DNA of 35,258 nucleotides from positions 3,950,498 through 3,985,755 of the forward strand of contig NC_068983.1 of the NCBI RefSeq assembly GCF_001194135.2, read 5' to 3'. Numbering within the stretch: the stretch's first letter is position 1; every line of letters begins with the position of its first letter. This document shows positions 20,578-31,924 of the stretch, piece after piece. Both the position numbers and the translations under genes were made by a program. This stretch comes from Octopus bimaculoides. Its lineage: Eukaryota. The notes under the pieces are model-generated. The model saw nothing but the letters and a program-made list of their open reading frames with translations, was not told the DNA's origin and searched no databases.

Positions 20578-20945
20578 TATTCATTTATTCTTTTACTTGT
20601 TTCAGTCATTTGACTGCGGTCATGCTGGGGCACCGCCTTTAGTCGAAGAAATCAAACCCGGAGACTTATTCTATCGGTCTATTTTGCTGAAACGCTAAGT
20701 TACAGGGATATAAATACATCAACATCGGTTGTCAAGCAATGGTTGGAGTGGGGAACAGACACAGACACACAAACATATACATGCACATCCATATATATAT
20801 GTCGGACTTCTTTCAATTTCCATCAAGGAAATTCACTCACAAGGTTTTGGTCGGTTCGAGGTTACAGTAGAAGACACTTGCTTCAGGTGCCACGCAGTGG
20901 ACTGAATCCGAAACCATATGGTTCTTACCACACAGCTACGCCTAG
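20578..20945 (-). mobile_element. SINE family A
   Basis: Reverse-complement tail, body and head. Confidence 0.82.
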
Positions 20946-21599
20946 GTATAGGCGAACGATTTCAGGAAGTCACCCTGTTTTTCACCAGAAGGTTTCGTAT
21001 CTCATTGAAAACACCGCAGTACACCTGATTAAAGCACTTTTAAATGTTCTGCTCAAGTTTCTTCACTTCTAACCGGGGAATGAAATGCATTGGAAAAAGA
21101 TGGCTGAGAACGACGTCTAAAAACGAATGACAACAATAACAACACGCGCGTGCTTCATGATTGGTACAAGATAAGGCTTATCATGTTCTGCTGAGAAATA
21201 CTATAGTATAACCAAAAGAGAAATAATCTCAACTGGCCGTCATGAAAACAAATTACAACAACGAAGTAAAGAAACTTCATGTTTAATTGGGCATAAACAG
21301 TTTAAATGAATGGAAAGCCATCTCGCAGCACTGAACGCAAAGTTGACTTCGTCAGTTTGGGCAAAAGAACCTTTTTTATACTACTACTTGCAAACAAAGG
21401 TAGGTATATGAACAGACTCTGTGTACACACAAACACACACATATTGTCGAGTGCTATGATATACCTGAAACCAATGGTAGCTTTCAGACCGGCCATAACC
21501 AACCGTATACTACTACTTTATATATTATGCATGTATATCGCTTCTATGTTTTAATTATTATAACTCTTCCACTGAGGGAGGCCGGTTTCCAACAAAGAT

Positions 21600-21880
21600 A
21601 CAAGGCTCCATCTTTGGGATGTAGTTAACACAAACAAATTCCCATTTGGAACTTGAGAAAAATCTTGCATATTTTTACTGTTCCACTCACAGATTACACT
21701 TGTAATGTACGAATATGTATGTATGTTTAAGTCTTCCTCTCAATTTGAACATTTGCACGCTGATTGATGACAGAAGACACCGTTCATACAAACGTTGTTT
21801 GCAGTCTTCATCATAAAAATTTTCCAACCAATATTGAACTGTTGCTAATTGCTCGAGGGAGTAGCGTAAATAGGGTCTTG
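21600..21880 (-). mobile_element. RLE-type LINE 3' remnant
   Basis: Minus strand VSGTVKICKIFLKF (21649-21690) matches VTGTVKICKTFRKF at about 8616-8657 in 11 of 14 residues. Confidence 0.6.
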
Positions 21881-22000
21881 CCTGGAAACATGAGAGAGCT
21901 GACAAGAAAAGCAACTGGTTGTGGAAAACCTGTCTTAGTAAGTATCGACGAACTCATGCAGGTGTAGAAAAGAGGACGTTATGACGATGATGATGACTTA
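21880..22000 (+). mobile_element. SINE family C remnant
   Basis: AACTCATGCAGGTGTAGAAAAGAGGACGTTATGACGATGATGATGA tail. Confidence 0.5.
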
Positions 22001-22304
22001 TGTAGGTATAAACTTATAACTCCACGTCTCATAAACTGATACACATATGAGCGCGCGCGCACACACACACACACACACACGCGGATATAGTATTATCTGA
22101 CTTGAAAGAAGCGACAAACATCAAACAAATAAATTAACATATATTAACCCCAAATTTTCTAATTAATACTAGACAACAAATAAGCAGGATCAATCGGGCA
22201 GGTGATAATTAAGAAATTTGTAGTTCTTAATTATATCTCTTTGTTTCACTTCCCGCCAAATTCGACTTTTACCTTTCATCTTTTCGAGATATAATAAAAG
22301 AACT

Positions 22305-22492
22305 CCAACATTTTGGCACAAAGCCAGCAATTTTCAGAGGAAAATCGATCCCGATACTTCACTGGAATTATATTTTACCATTCCCGTAGGGTTAAAAGCC
22401 AAAGTTGACACCAGCGGAATTTGAACTCAGAACATAATTTTTCAGCAGAAATACCGCTAAGCACTTTGTCCGACGCACCAACGATTCTGCTA
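22305..22492 (-). mobile_element. SINE family B (diverged)
   Basis: TTTTGGCACAAAGCCAGCAATTT...GCGGAATTTGAACTCAGAAC...AACGATTCTGC. Confidence 0.78.
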
Positions 22493-22690
22493 ATAAAGTA
22501 GGGAATAGGCCGAAATGTTATGTTCTTGTAGTTTAGTTATGTACGACGACCTGCTGTCTTAATCAGAATCTGTAATTATAAATTTCTGGTGTGTCACTTG
22601 TTAAATGTAACGATATATAAAGACGCTCCACTGGAACAAAATAGTCACGTGAAAAACAAACCAAAAAAACCAACAATGCAAGAAAATATT

Positions 22691-22902
22691 GGTTTCAAAT
22701 TTTGGCACAAGGCCAGCAATTTCAGAGGTTGGGTAAATCGATTACATCGACCCCTGTGCTCAGCTGATACTTATCTTATGGACCCTGAAAAGATGAAAAG
22801 CAAAGTCAACTCAGCGGAATTTGAACTCAGAACGTAAAGGCAAACGAAATACTGCTCAGCATTGCGTCCGACTCGTTAGCGCTTTGTCAGTTCGCCGAAT
22901 TC
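22691..22902 (-). mobile_element. SINE family B (older member of dimer)
   Basis: Complete tail-to-head copy flanked by 15/18-identical direct repeats. Confidence 0.85.
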
Positions 22903-22920
22903 ACAATAAAAGACAATATT

Positions 22921-23122
22921 CTTTTCTACACTAAGCACAAGGCCCGAAATTTTGGGGGAGGGTACCAGTCGATTACACCGCCCCCTGTACGCAACTGGTA
23001 CTTAATTTATCGATTCCGAAAGGATGAAAGGTAAAGTCAACCTCGGCGGAATTTGAACTCAGAACGTAACGACAGATGAAATATCGCTAAGCATTTCAAC
23101 CATCGTGCCAGCCCGCTGCCTT
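22921..23122 (-). mobile_element. SINE family B with perfect 18-bp TSD
   Basis: ACAATAAAAGACAATATT at 22903-22920 and 23123-23140. Confidence 0.92.
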
Positions 23123-23145
23123 ACAATAAAAGACAATATTAAAAA

Positions 23146-23510
23146 TCTTTTATCTTTTACTCGTTCCAGTCATTGGACTGCGGCCACGCTGTAGCAACAC
23201 CTTGAAGGGTCGAACAGATTGACTTCGGTACTTATTTATATTTTAAGTCGGATTCTAACAGTCGCTGTAGCGAACCACTAAGTTACAGGGTCGTAAACAA
23301 ACCAACATCGGTTGTCAAGCAGTGGTGGGGGACAAGCACAAACGATTAAACACACACACACATGCATGTATTTATGTATATGTATATATACGCACACACC
23401 AAATTCACTCACAAGGTATTGGTTGCCCCGGGGCTTTAGTAGAAGACACTTGCTCACAGTACCACGCAGTGGAACTGAACTCGGCGTCACATGGCTTAAC
23501 CACACAGTCG
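23146..23510 (-). mobile_element. SINE family A (diverged)
   Basis: Reverse-complement tail TTTTATCTTTTAC, body and head CCACACAG. Confidence 0.78.
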
Positions 23511-24565
23511 TACCGATATTTAATAGGTGTACGTAAATATTTAAGACGGCCTGGATCCCCAAAAGCTAAATATTGAATCGGGGTCTTCTTTTAACAAGCC
23601 ACGGTCTTTACACACCATAGACTCTCCGCTGTAAGCATTTTATTGCAAAATAGATATTTCTAAGATGGTATAACACTACAATAGAATATATCAGACTTTA
23701 CAAGACTTTAAAAAACTTTATAAGAGGTGTTGAAAGTGTCGTCCTTCATTTTCAATATCTAAGTTGACTCGTCTACACGTGTTTGACTGTTGGAGAGTCA
23801 GGATGAAAGAAATTCACTGCGGCGAGTCTTTTTGAATAGCCTGTATTTCCACTGAAGTCGCTAATTTTCAAGTGCAAATCTTGTAAGCACTAAAGTGAGG
23901 ACAGCTTCTTTGATGAGCAATTTGCTATTATTTGAAGACATTTGATGATGATGATGATGATGATTCAGTGAGAGTAGGGGTAGGGAGGGTGTTAGAGAGA
24001 AAGAAAGAGAGAGTGTGTGTGTGGGGGGGGGGGCTTACCGAGAAGACCCTATCGCTAATTAGTCATTTAGCAGTCGTCGTAGCAGTTAGTGGAGTAACAA
24101 GAGAGCTGGACGAAAGCATTTTAGTCGTTGCTTCGTTAGTGAGTTCACCTATAATTTCAGAGGCCCGTATATCGTAATTAAGTCACGCGGTTTGTTGCAA
24201 AAAAAATAAAATAAAATAAGGGAGTAAGACAAAAAAAACAAACAAACAAAAAAAGGCAAGGTAAGACAAAAAAAAAAGGCATATAAGAATAAAAATAAAA
24301 AAAAACCCCGAACTTTTTTGGTCTTATCAATATAGAAGTGGCAAAGAAGTTTTACTGGGAAGTTGATTAATTAACGGCCAAATATATCTTAATGCTAGTT
24401 CGGACAGATGTGTGTGTGTGTTGTGACAGTTACTAGAACATCTATTTCTAGTTCTCACTCGCAGTGGTAGGTCGTCGTTATTCCTTACGCTATTTTAGGC
24501 CATAAATATTGGTCGGCTGGGTTATCACGAGGTTATCTTTTACAGCTTTGAACAGATTATTTATC

Positions 24566-24596
<31 letters not shown>

Positions 24597-24873
24597 TACT
24601 TAATGAACCTCTTCTACCTTGTGTCTTGGGAGGGTCACTGTGTGATGATAATAATAACAACACGCACTGGTTTGATATCACTTCTTTATTGTTAGTCAAT
24701 TGGTTAAATCTAACTAAATAACTAACTAATCGATCATTTGTTTAATGTGTTGATTAAACAATTAGTCAGATGTTTGTTTGTTTGTTCGTTTCAACCGTAA
24801 CCTCGCGGGAAAAGGGCAAGTCAATGAAAAGGTCGTGAATAGCGACCAAAGGACTTTGCCCTAACAAACAACA

Positions 24874-24929
<56 letters not shown>

Positions 24930-24963
24930 GTATGAATGTATACATGTATCTGTATTTATTTTG

Positions 24964-25155
24964 CAGGAGTGGCTGTGGTAAGCGCAGGAGTGGCTGTGTG
25001 GTAAATAGCTTGCTTACCAACCACATGGTTCCGGGTTCAGTCCCACTGCGTGGCACCTTAAGCAAGTGTCTTCTACTATAGCCTCGGGCCGACCAAAGCC
25101 TTATGAGTGGATTTGGTAGACGGAAACTGAAAGAAGCCCGTCGTATATATATGTT
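24964..25155 (+). mobile_element. SINE family A, 5' half with duplicated head
   Basis: GCAGGAGTGGCTGTGGTAAG followed by GCAGGAGTGGCTGTGTGGTAAATAG; core nearly identical to 6406-6570. Confidence 0.88.
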
Positions 25156-25220
25156 TGTCTATGACAGTGACGCTTGTTTTCAACCATCATTCGAATTCGA
25201 TGTCAAGACAAAGTAATTGT

Positions 25221-25261
<41 letters not shown>

Positions 25262-25446
25262 TGTTTCGTTTACGCATAGTGATACTAATAACCAGGTGTT
25301 AGAACTTCGTATACGTATGCTTTAGAACAAAGCGTCAGTCGAGTACAGAGCAGTAAAAAGATATTAAAATGCCATGGGAACAAGAAATTAAGCCATGCAC
25401 TTCATTAGCTTACAGTTGTTTCTGCTATAAGATGCATGGTTATATA

Positions 25447-26695
25447 TTGGGTCATCCCATTAATAATGCAATTTTTCCAACTGCATGAATTAAAAGTTGG
25501 AGGGGGATGGTATAAACTACCTGCATCAACTTGCTATAAGAACAAGTAGTAATTTTACCTTGTTCTTATTCTTAGTGCAACTTTTGAAGAATTCAGTTCG
25601 ATTTTAACAGTTATTCTTACAAAGCTATAATGGAAGTGACAAAAGGGCATATTCGGCATATTTTGCTTTGAGTTCAATAAAGGCAACAACGCAACGGAAA
25701 GTGTGGGGAATATTAATGCAGTTTATGGGGATTACACAATAATCCTAAGCCAGTGTCAACAGAGGTTCCAGAAATTCCGAGCCAGAAACTACAGCCTAGA
25801 AGATGATTTTCGTCCTGAAAGATCGGTAGAGGTCGAAGAGGACGTCCTGCAAACTCTGGTGGAACAAAATCCCGTCGTAACTTTTGAGGAACTTGCAGAG
25901 AAGCTTGGATTTGGGGTCATTCATCGACACCTGTTTGCCATCGGAAAAGTCAGCAAGTTGGGTCAATGGGTTCCTCATAAATTTTCCGAGTCTTATCGCG
26001 CGCAGAGAGTGAATGTGTGTTCTTCTTTACTGTCACGTCTCCGAATGAACCTTTTTTTGGACCGAACAATGACTGGTGACGAGAAATGGGTTCTCTATAA
26101 AAATGTCAAGTGCCGAAGACAGTGGGTTGGGAAAAGAGAAACACCGACACCGCAGGCTGAAGGTCTTCACTCACGTAAGGTGTTGTTATCCGTTTGGTGG
26201 GTTATGAAAGGTTCAGTAGTCCACTTTGAACTTTTAAACCCAAGCCAAACGATAACAAAAGAGATCTAGTGCGAGCAGCTTGAGTGGCTTAAGTCAGCGC
26301 TAAAAGACAAATGACCATTTTTGGTTTCAAGACGAAAGGTGTTCTTCCATCTGGATAATGCTCGGCAACATACAACAAGGATGACATTCCAAAAGCTGGA
26401 GCGGTTTGAATGGGAAACGATGCCCCTCCCACACAGATGCCCCATCTGATTATCAAAATCATTGGGACGAAAAAAATATGAATTCTGTAGACGAGGTGAG
26501 AACAGTACTAGAGGAGTATTTTTTGTCATGGGCAAGTGAATTTTGGAAGAGGGGCCTTGCAAATCTACCAAATAGATTGAAGGGCATTGCAGAAAGTGAA
26601 GAAGAGTATATTTTAGATTAAAAAAGAACTTTGTTTATCTTAATTTTGAAAAATAAAAGAAGTATAAAAAACCGCATTGTTTATGGGATGACCCA

Positions 26696-26696
<1 letters not shown>
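25447..26696 (+). mobile_element. Full-length degenerate mariner (DD34D-type) DNA transposon, 1250 bp
   Basis: TIRs TTGGGTCATCCCATTAATAATGC and reverse complement TTGGGTCATCCCATAAACAATGC, each flanked by TA. Broken transposase from ATG 25630 (MEVTKGHIRHILL) with WVPHKF, TGDEKWVLY, HLDNARQH and PSDY; frameshifts, stops and a deletion near the third Asp. Confidence 0.93.
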
Positions 26697-26754
<58 letters not shown>

Positions 26755-27249
26755 CACGCATACGTACACACACGCACTTAAACCGACTTTTTACATTTCG
26801 CGGTGATTGGGCCGTTACAATCTGCAACCAACGATTTTAATTTCCATCCAAAGCAATGAAAAATAAATAACCTTTACCCGAAACACTTCGAATTCAAAAT
26901 GAAGTCCACAAGTCCACATAACCGCATATACCTACTTACAGCTCAATAGACAGGGTTCTATGGAGAGGTTAAGACATGGTTATAACACAGAGCGTCCCCG
27001 TAACATGGATACGACAATGGCTTAAACACATTGAATTTGACTTTTTAGATCCCAGTAGATATGTCGGTCGTTATTTCGGACCACCCACATATTCGTTCCA
27101 GCCACGAAAAAAAATTCACAAAATTCCTGATTTTGTCTGCTACATTCTTTTACATTCTTCACCATTTTGGTAACTGCCAGTAAGGTGATAGCAGTGTATG
27201 ATTTATTTATTTATTTATCTGCTCAGTTAACGAGTCATCCTTTACCTTA

Positions 27250-27829
27250 TTTGTGACCACCGGCCGAGTATACGTGTGGAGACAGCCAAAAGAATCATTT
27301 GACCCAGACTGCCTTCTTCCAACTGTCAAACATGGAGGAGGATCTGTGATGATCTGGGGGGCTATATCTTGGAAATCCACCAGCCCAATGGCTTCCTTTC
27401 ATAGCAGAATTAATAGTCAAGACTATTTAAGCATTTTATCTGATCAAATTTGTCCTATTGTTGCGGAACTGTTTCCAGAAGGAAACGCAATCTTTCAGGA
27501 TGATAATGCACCATTTCACACAGCTAAAGTTGTTACACGAGGAACGTTTTAGTGAAGTTGAACATCTTATCTGGCCGCCACAGTCCCCAGATCTCAATAT
27601 TATTGAACATTTATGGTGCATTTTAAGGAGTGATATCCTCCACTACAAGAACTGGAGACTGTTTTAGCTGAAGAATGGACAAAAATTCCTTTGGAAACAA
27701 TTCAAACTTTGTACGAGTCCAAACCTCGTAGAATTCAAGCTGTAATTACTGACAAAGGCGGTTCTACTCCATATTAAAATAAATTTGTTTGAAATTTTAA
27801 GGTGTTTCCATTATTTTGTCCAACCTCTG
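27250..27829 (+). mobile_element. 5'-truncated Tc1-like (DD34E) transposon
   Basis: Reads TVKHGGGSVMIWGAIS...FQDDNAPFH...WPPQSPDLNIIEHLW, frameshifted. Right end reverse-complements to CAGAGGTTGGACAAAATAAT and is followed by TA. Confidence 0.9.
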
Positions 27830-27847
27830 TATATATATATATATTTT

Positions 27848-28190
27848 TGTGTTTCAGTCATTTGACTGTAGCCATACTGGAGCACCGCCTTTAGTCGAAC
27901 AAACCGATCCCAGGACTTACTCTTTGCAAGCCTAGTACTTATTCTATCGGTCTGTTTTGCCGAACCGCTTCATTACGGGGACGGAAACGCACCAACATCG
28001 ATTGTCAAGCGATGGTAGGGGAACAAACACCGACACACAAACATATATATATATATATACGACGAGCTTCTTCCAGTTTCCGTCTACCAAATCCATTCAC
28101 AAAGTTTTGGTCGGCCCGAGGCTAAAATAGAAGACACTTTGCTCAAGGTGACACGCAGTGGAAAGCAAGCTTCTTACCACACAGCCACGC
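27848..28190 (-). mobile_element. SINE family A
   Basis: Reverse-complement copy immediately after the Tc1 TIR and (TA)n. Confidence 0.85.
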
Positions 28191-28350
28191 GTGTTTCGGA
28201 AGATCGGTCAAACATCAATTACGTAAACTTAAATGCTCATTTACGAGACAAATGCACTCAGCCCGCTTCATTAACTCATATTGGCCAAAATACTTGATTT
28301 CATACACTCCGGTAACATGTTGTGCCTTTCGCCGAACTATTTAGATTAAG

Positions 28351-28383
<33 letters not shown>

Positions 28384-28844
28384 TTGGCTAAACTGAATCT
28401 GTTTAGCGTTCTGTTTTGTCTCTTACTGTTGTCTGTCATTCTCTCGACTAGTTTATAAATCATAAAGTAAGAAGCGAATTTGTTTTCTTTTCCCCTCCCG
28501 TCTGGTAATCTGCTTGGGACTAGCAGACTTCCCACGACTTGCTAACTGGCTAGATATTTGTCTATTGATGTTAAATATCTCCCACAAAGCATGTCCGTTT
28601 GAAGGTCAATCACTCTCGACCCCCAATCATCAAGCTTGTTGACCTCGTTCTCCCTCGCAACTGATTCTACTCAAGAGGAAAAACGTATTACAACCTCTTA
28701 GAGATGTCAAAAACGAAAAGGATTCTTGAGAGTTAAGTACTTGACATCGTCGCCATCACCGTCATCTCGTTGACTTGGTGGAATATGATGGCTTTTTTTT
28801 TGGTGTTTTTTTTTTGTTTGTTTTTACAGTACCTTTTATTGCCT

Positions 28845-29045
28845 TACAAGTTTCAGTCATTAGACTACGACCATACTGGAGTACCGCGCTTGAAGAAATT
28901 TAGTCGAACGAATCGACTAAATTTCTTTTTAAGCCTGTTACTTATTCCATCTATATCTTTTGCCGAACCGCTAAGTTACGGGGACATAACGACACCAACA
29001 CCTGTTGTCAAGCTGTGGACACACACACACACACGACGGGCTTTC
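28845..29045 (-). mobile_element. SINE family A, 3' half
   Basis: TTTCAGTCATTAGACT...GCCGAACCGCTAAGTTACGGGG...TTGTCAAGC. Confidence 0.78.
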
Positions 29046-29094
29046 GTGCGTACGTGTATGTGTGAGTGTGTGTGTATGTGCTTGTATGTGTCTT

Positions 29095-29290
29095 CGCTCA
29101 TTGCTTGACAAACCAATGCTGGTTTGTTTACTTTCCGTAACCTAGTGGTTCGGCAAAAGAGACCGACAGAATAAGTACCAGATTTAAATTACAAGTCCTG
29201 GGGGTCGATTTGATCTATTAAACCCTTGAAGGTAGTGCTCCAGCATGGCCAATGTTCAATGACTGAAAAATAAAAAATAAAATATATAAA
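29095..29290 (+). mobile_element. SINE family A, 3' half
   Basis: GCTTGACAAACC...GTAACCTAGTGGTTCGGCAAAAGAGACCG...ATGACTGAAA. Confidence 0.78.
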
Positions 29291-29599
29291 AGATATCGAG
29301 GACAACATTACCACAAGTGTCCTTCCTTTTTCCAGACGTTAGGGTATGATCTGAGGGGCACTTGGCTGCTACTTTTTAGCAGAAGATATCTAATACAATA
29401 TCATCTAACTTAGTATTAGATAAATGTTAGCTGCAGTGATAAATGGGATAGTCATTGTTGGAGCGCCTTTGATGATACCGAAGGCTAATCAATCACCGAC
29501 ATAAATAGTCAGCGATTATTTTAAACCCACCCCTAAAGAGCATTGATGACTCAGCGAATTCTGAAAGTGAAAACCACCACCAGTCAGCACGATATCAGA

Positions 29600-29659
<60 letters not shown>

Positions 29660-29667
29660 AATAATAA
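29600..29667. repeat. (TAA)n microsatellite
   Basis: Directly visible; further blocks at 30351-30410 and 30718-30768. Confidence 0.97.
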
Positions 29668-29693
29668 GAGGAAGGGGAGGTGTGTTGTAATAA

Positions 29694-30350
29694 AGTGATA
29701 AGTGCAGAATCTGTGGACAAAACGGTGAAACCGTATGGCATATTACCAGTCAATGTACGCCACTAGCCCAGAAGGAATATAAGAGACGCCACGACAATAT
29801 AGCCAGGCTTGTCCATTGGATACTTTGCCACAAGTATGGACTTGAGAGAGCAAAAAATTGGTACGGCCACAAACCCGAAGGCATCATCGAAAATGATAAT
29901 GCAAAGATCCTATGGGATTTTATGATTCAGTGCAACCATGAGATTGAGAATAGGAAGCCGGACATAGTCTTAATTGAGAAAGAAAGTAAACTATGCTGGA
30001 TCATAGATATAGCATGCCCAGCTGACAACAAAGTATGCGATAAGGAAGAAAGAAAAGTCCAGAGATATGACAGGTTATCTTGGGAAGTTAATCAGTTGTG
30101 GTCGAGGAAAATGGTAGCAGTAGTACCAATATTTGTCAGGGCCCTGGAAACTGTGAGCAAATATCTCGAGAAGTACGTGGAACAAATAGGGGCTGCAATA
30201 AGGGTGGAGCACTTGCAGGAAACAACACTGCTTGGAACCACTCGAATACTCCGGAAGGTGCTCGAACAATAAGAAGTGTTACCTTAGTTCACTGGTAGTG
30301 AACAGCTGACACCGTAGTACAATCTCCACGTTAGCAGTTGTGCAAAGGCA
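29694..30350 (+). mobile_element. 5'-truncated R4/Dong-like non-LTR retrotransposon (RLE endonuclease end)
   Basis: Open frame 29694-30272 with CCHC knuckle CRICGQNGETVWHITSQC, RRHDNIAR and RKPDIVLIEKESKLCWIIDIACP (PD..D). Short 3' UTR then a (TAA)n tail. Confidence 0.92.
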
Positions 30351-30353
30351 ATG

Positions 30354-30410
<57 letters not shown>

Positions 30411-30411
<1 letters not shown>

Positions 30412-30717
30412 AAAGACCTGGAAATAGAGTTAACTCGAATGTGGAGTCTAAAAACAGAAACAATTCCTATCATAATAGGTGCCTTAGGTATAATAAAAAA
30501 AATACTCAGACAAATACATAACAAAAACACCAGGACTTACAAATATATATAACATACAGAAAATTGCACTACTGGGCACTGCACACATCCTATGCAAAAC
30601 ACTTTCAATACAGTAACCATAAGAGCACCACAGCAAACCACAGCACATACCCAAGGCGCACAGAGCTGCGCTCGGTAGTGAAGTGAAAGCACGTTATAAA
30701 AATAAAACTACTGAACC
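30411..30717 (+). mobile_element. Second R4/Dong-like 3' end (different subfamily)
   Basis: KDLEIELTRMWSLKTETIPIIIGALG...IQKIALLGTAHILCKTLSIQ*, then 3' UTR and (TAA)n. Confidence 0.85.
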
Positions 30718-31526
30718 ATAATAATAATAATAATAACAATAATAATAATGATGATGATGATAATAATAAGGACAGAGTCCATTGTGCTGTTTGGGCTCGG
30801 TCGAACATTTGGAGCCAGTCTTTTCCAAGACCAATTAGCCGGAAAATTGACTCCTGGAAAAAAAAATATTCCTTGAAGAGCAATTGATGATAATGACAAA
30901 CGGCGAAGCGAAAATGACTGACTCAGTAAGAGGAGAAGGAAGAGGAAGGGGAGGAGTGCTGTAAGTGAAATAATGACAGAGGTCAGATAGTAGGACGGAG
31001 GTCATAATAGCAGTAATAAGGTCGACAACTACAGGTTGTTTTAGATCATAGTACTGGAGTGATTTATCAGCCTGAGGTCAAATTGTAGGACAGGTCAAAT
31101 GGCAAAGTGCAGATGTTAATTGCTGCATACGTTTAAAATAGTAGGACCTGGGCTGGAGATGGTGGTGGTGGAACAACACATTACGGGAGGTTGTTTATCG
31201 CAGAGGTGAGATAGTAAGACGAAGGTCAAATGGTAAAAAGTAAGGTGAAATAAACAAACATGTTGATTAAAAAATACACCTGGAAAGACCGAAGGTTTGA
31301 GAGCAGAATATCTTTAGCTTTCTGACTAACCCCTCCTCCTCCTCACCCCCCCCCCTCCTACCACCACCACCACCACCACCTGTAACAACCAACAATGATT
31401 GCTTCTCACATAGAGAGACGGTATACTCATTTAGATAAGGTCAGTTTTTGTTATTTTAATTAAACAAAAATGAGCAGCAAGAAATCACTACAAGTGGCCA
31501 ATGACATGCGTTTGGATAAAATAGAC

Positions 31527-31812
31527 CAGAGGTTCTCAAACTTTTTGGGCCACCCAAATAAATATTTTATATTTTACTAATTTCTATATACTATAAATCA
31601 TTTGATATTCAATATAATATTATATAATTTGTATACAATACTATATAATAATATTATAATAAATTCATAGCTTCTCCCAATCCACTGCTTTCCTCCCGAC
31701 GCCTCCTTTTTCTCTACCGCCACAACCTCCACTGCCTCCTTAGGCACCAGTGCCCACCTGGACCGTCTCAACGCCCACCAGGGGGCAGTAGCGCCCACTT
31801 TGAGAACCTATG
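31527..31812. mobile_element. hAT-like MITE, 286 bp
   Basis: TIRs CAGAGGTTCTCAAA and reverse complement CATAGGTTCTCAAA (13/14). The 8-bp flanks AAATAGAC and GAGTAGAC share TAGAC, compatible with a decayed hAT TSD. Confidence 0.75.
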
Positions 31813-31924
31813 GAGTAGACTATTAGAGGTATATCAAATACCATAACTTTGATAACTTGATAGGTTTTGGTGAGTATAAGCCCAGGCCATGTCTGACTTA
31901 ACAGCACCACGTGGTGAAGTCATT

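Noticed and set aside
21687-21914. 75-aa minus-strand ORF with apparent CAG acceptor and GTGAGT donor, a candidate P450 exon
   Set aside because: No P450 motifs. The acceptor comes from an antisense SINE remnant, and the donor region translates to VSGTVKICKIFLKF, matching the LINE end at about 8616.
22673-23140. Regularly spaced direct repeats resembling a CRISPR array
   Set aside because: Eukaryotic context; the spacers are homologous 200-bp SINEs and the repeats are TSDs.
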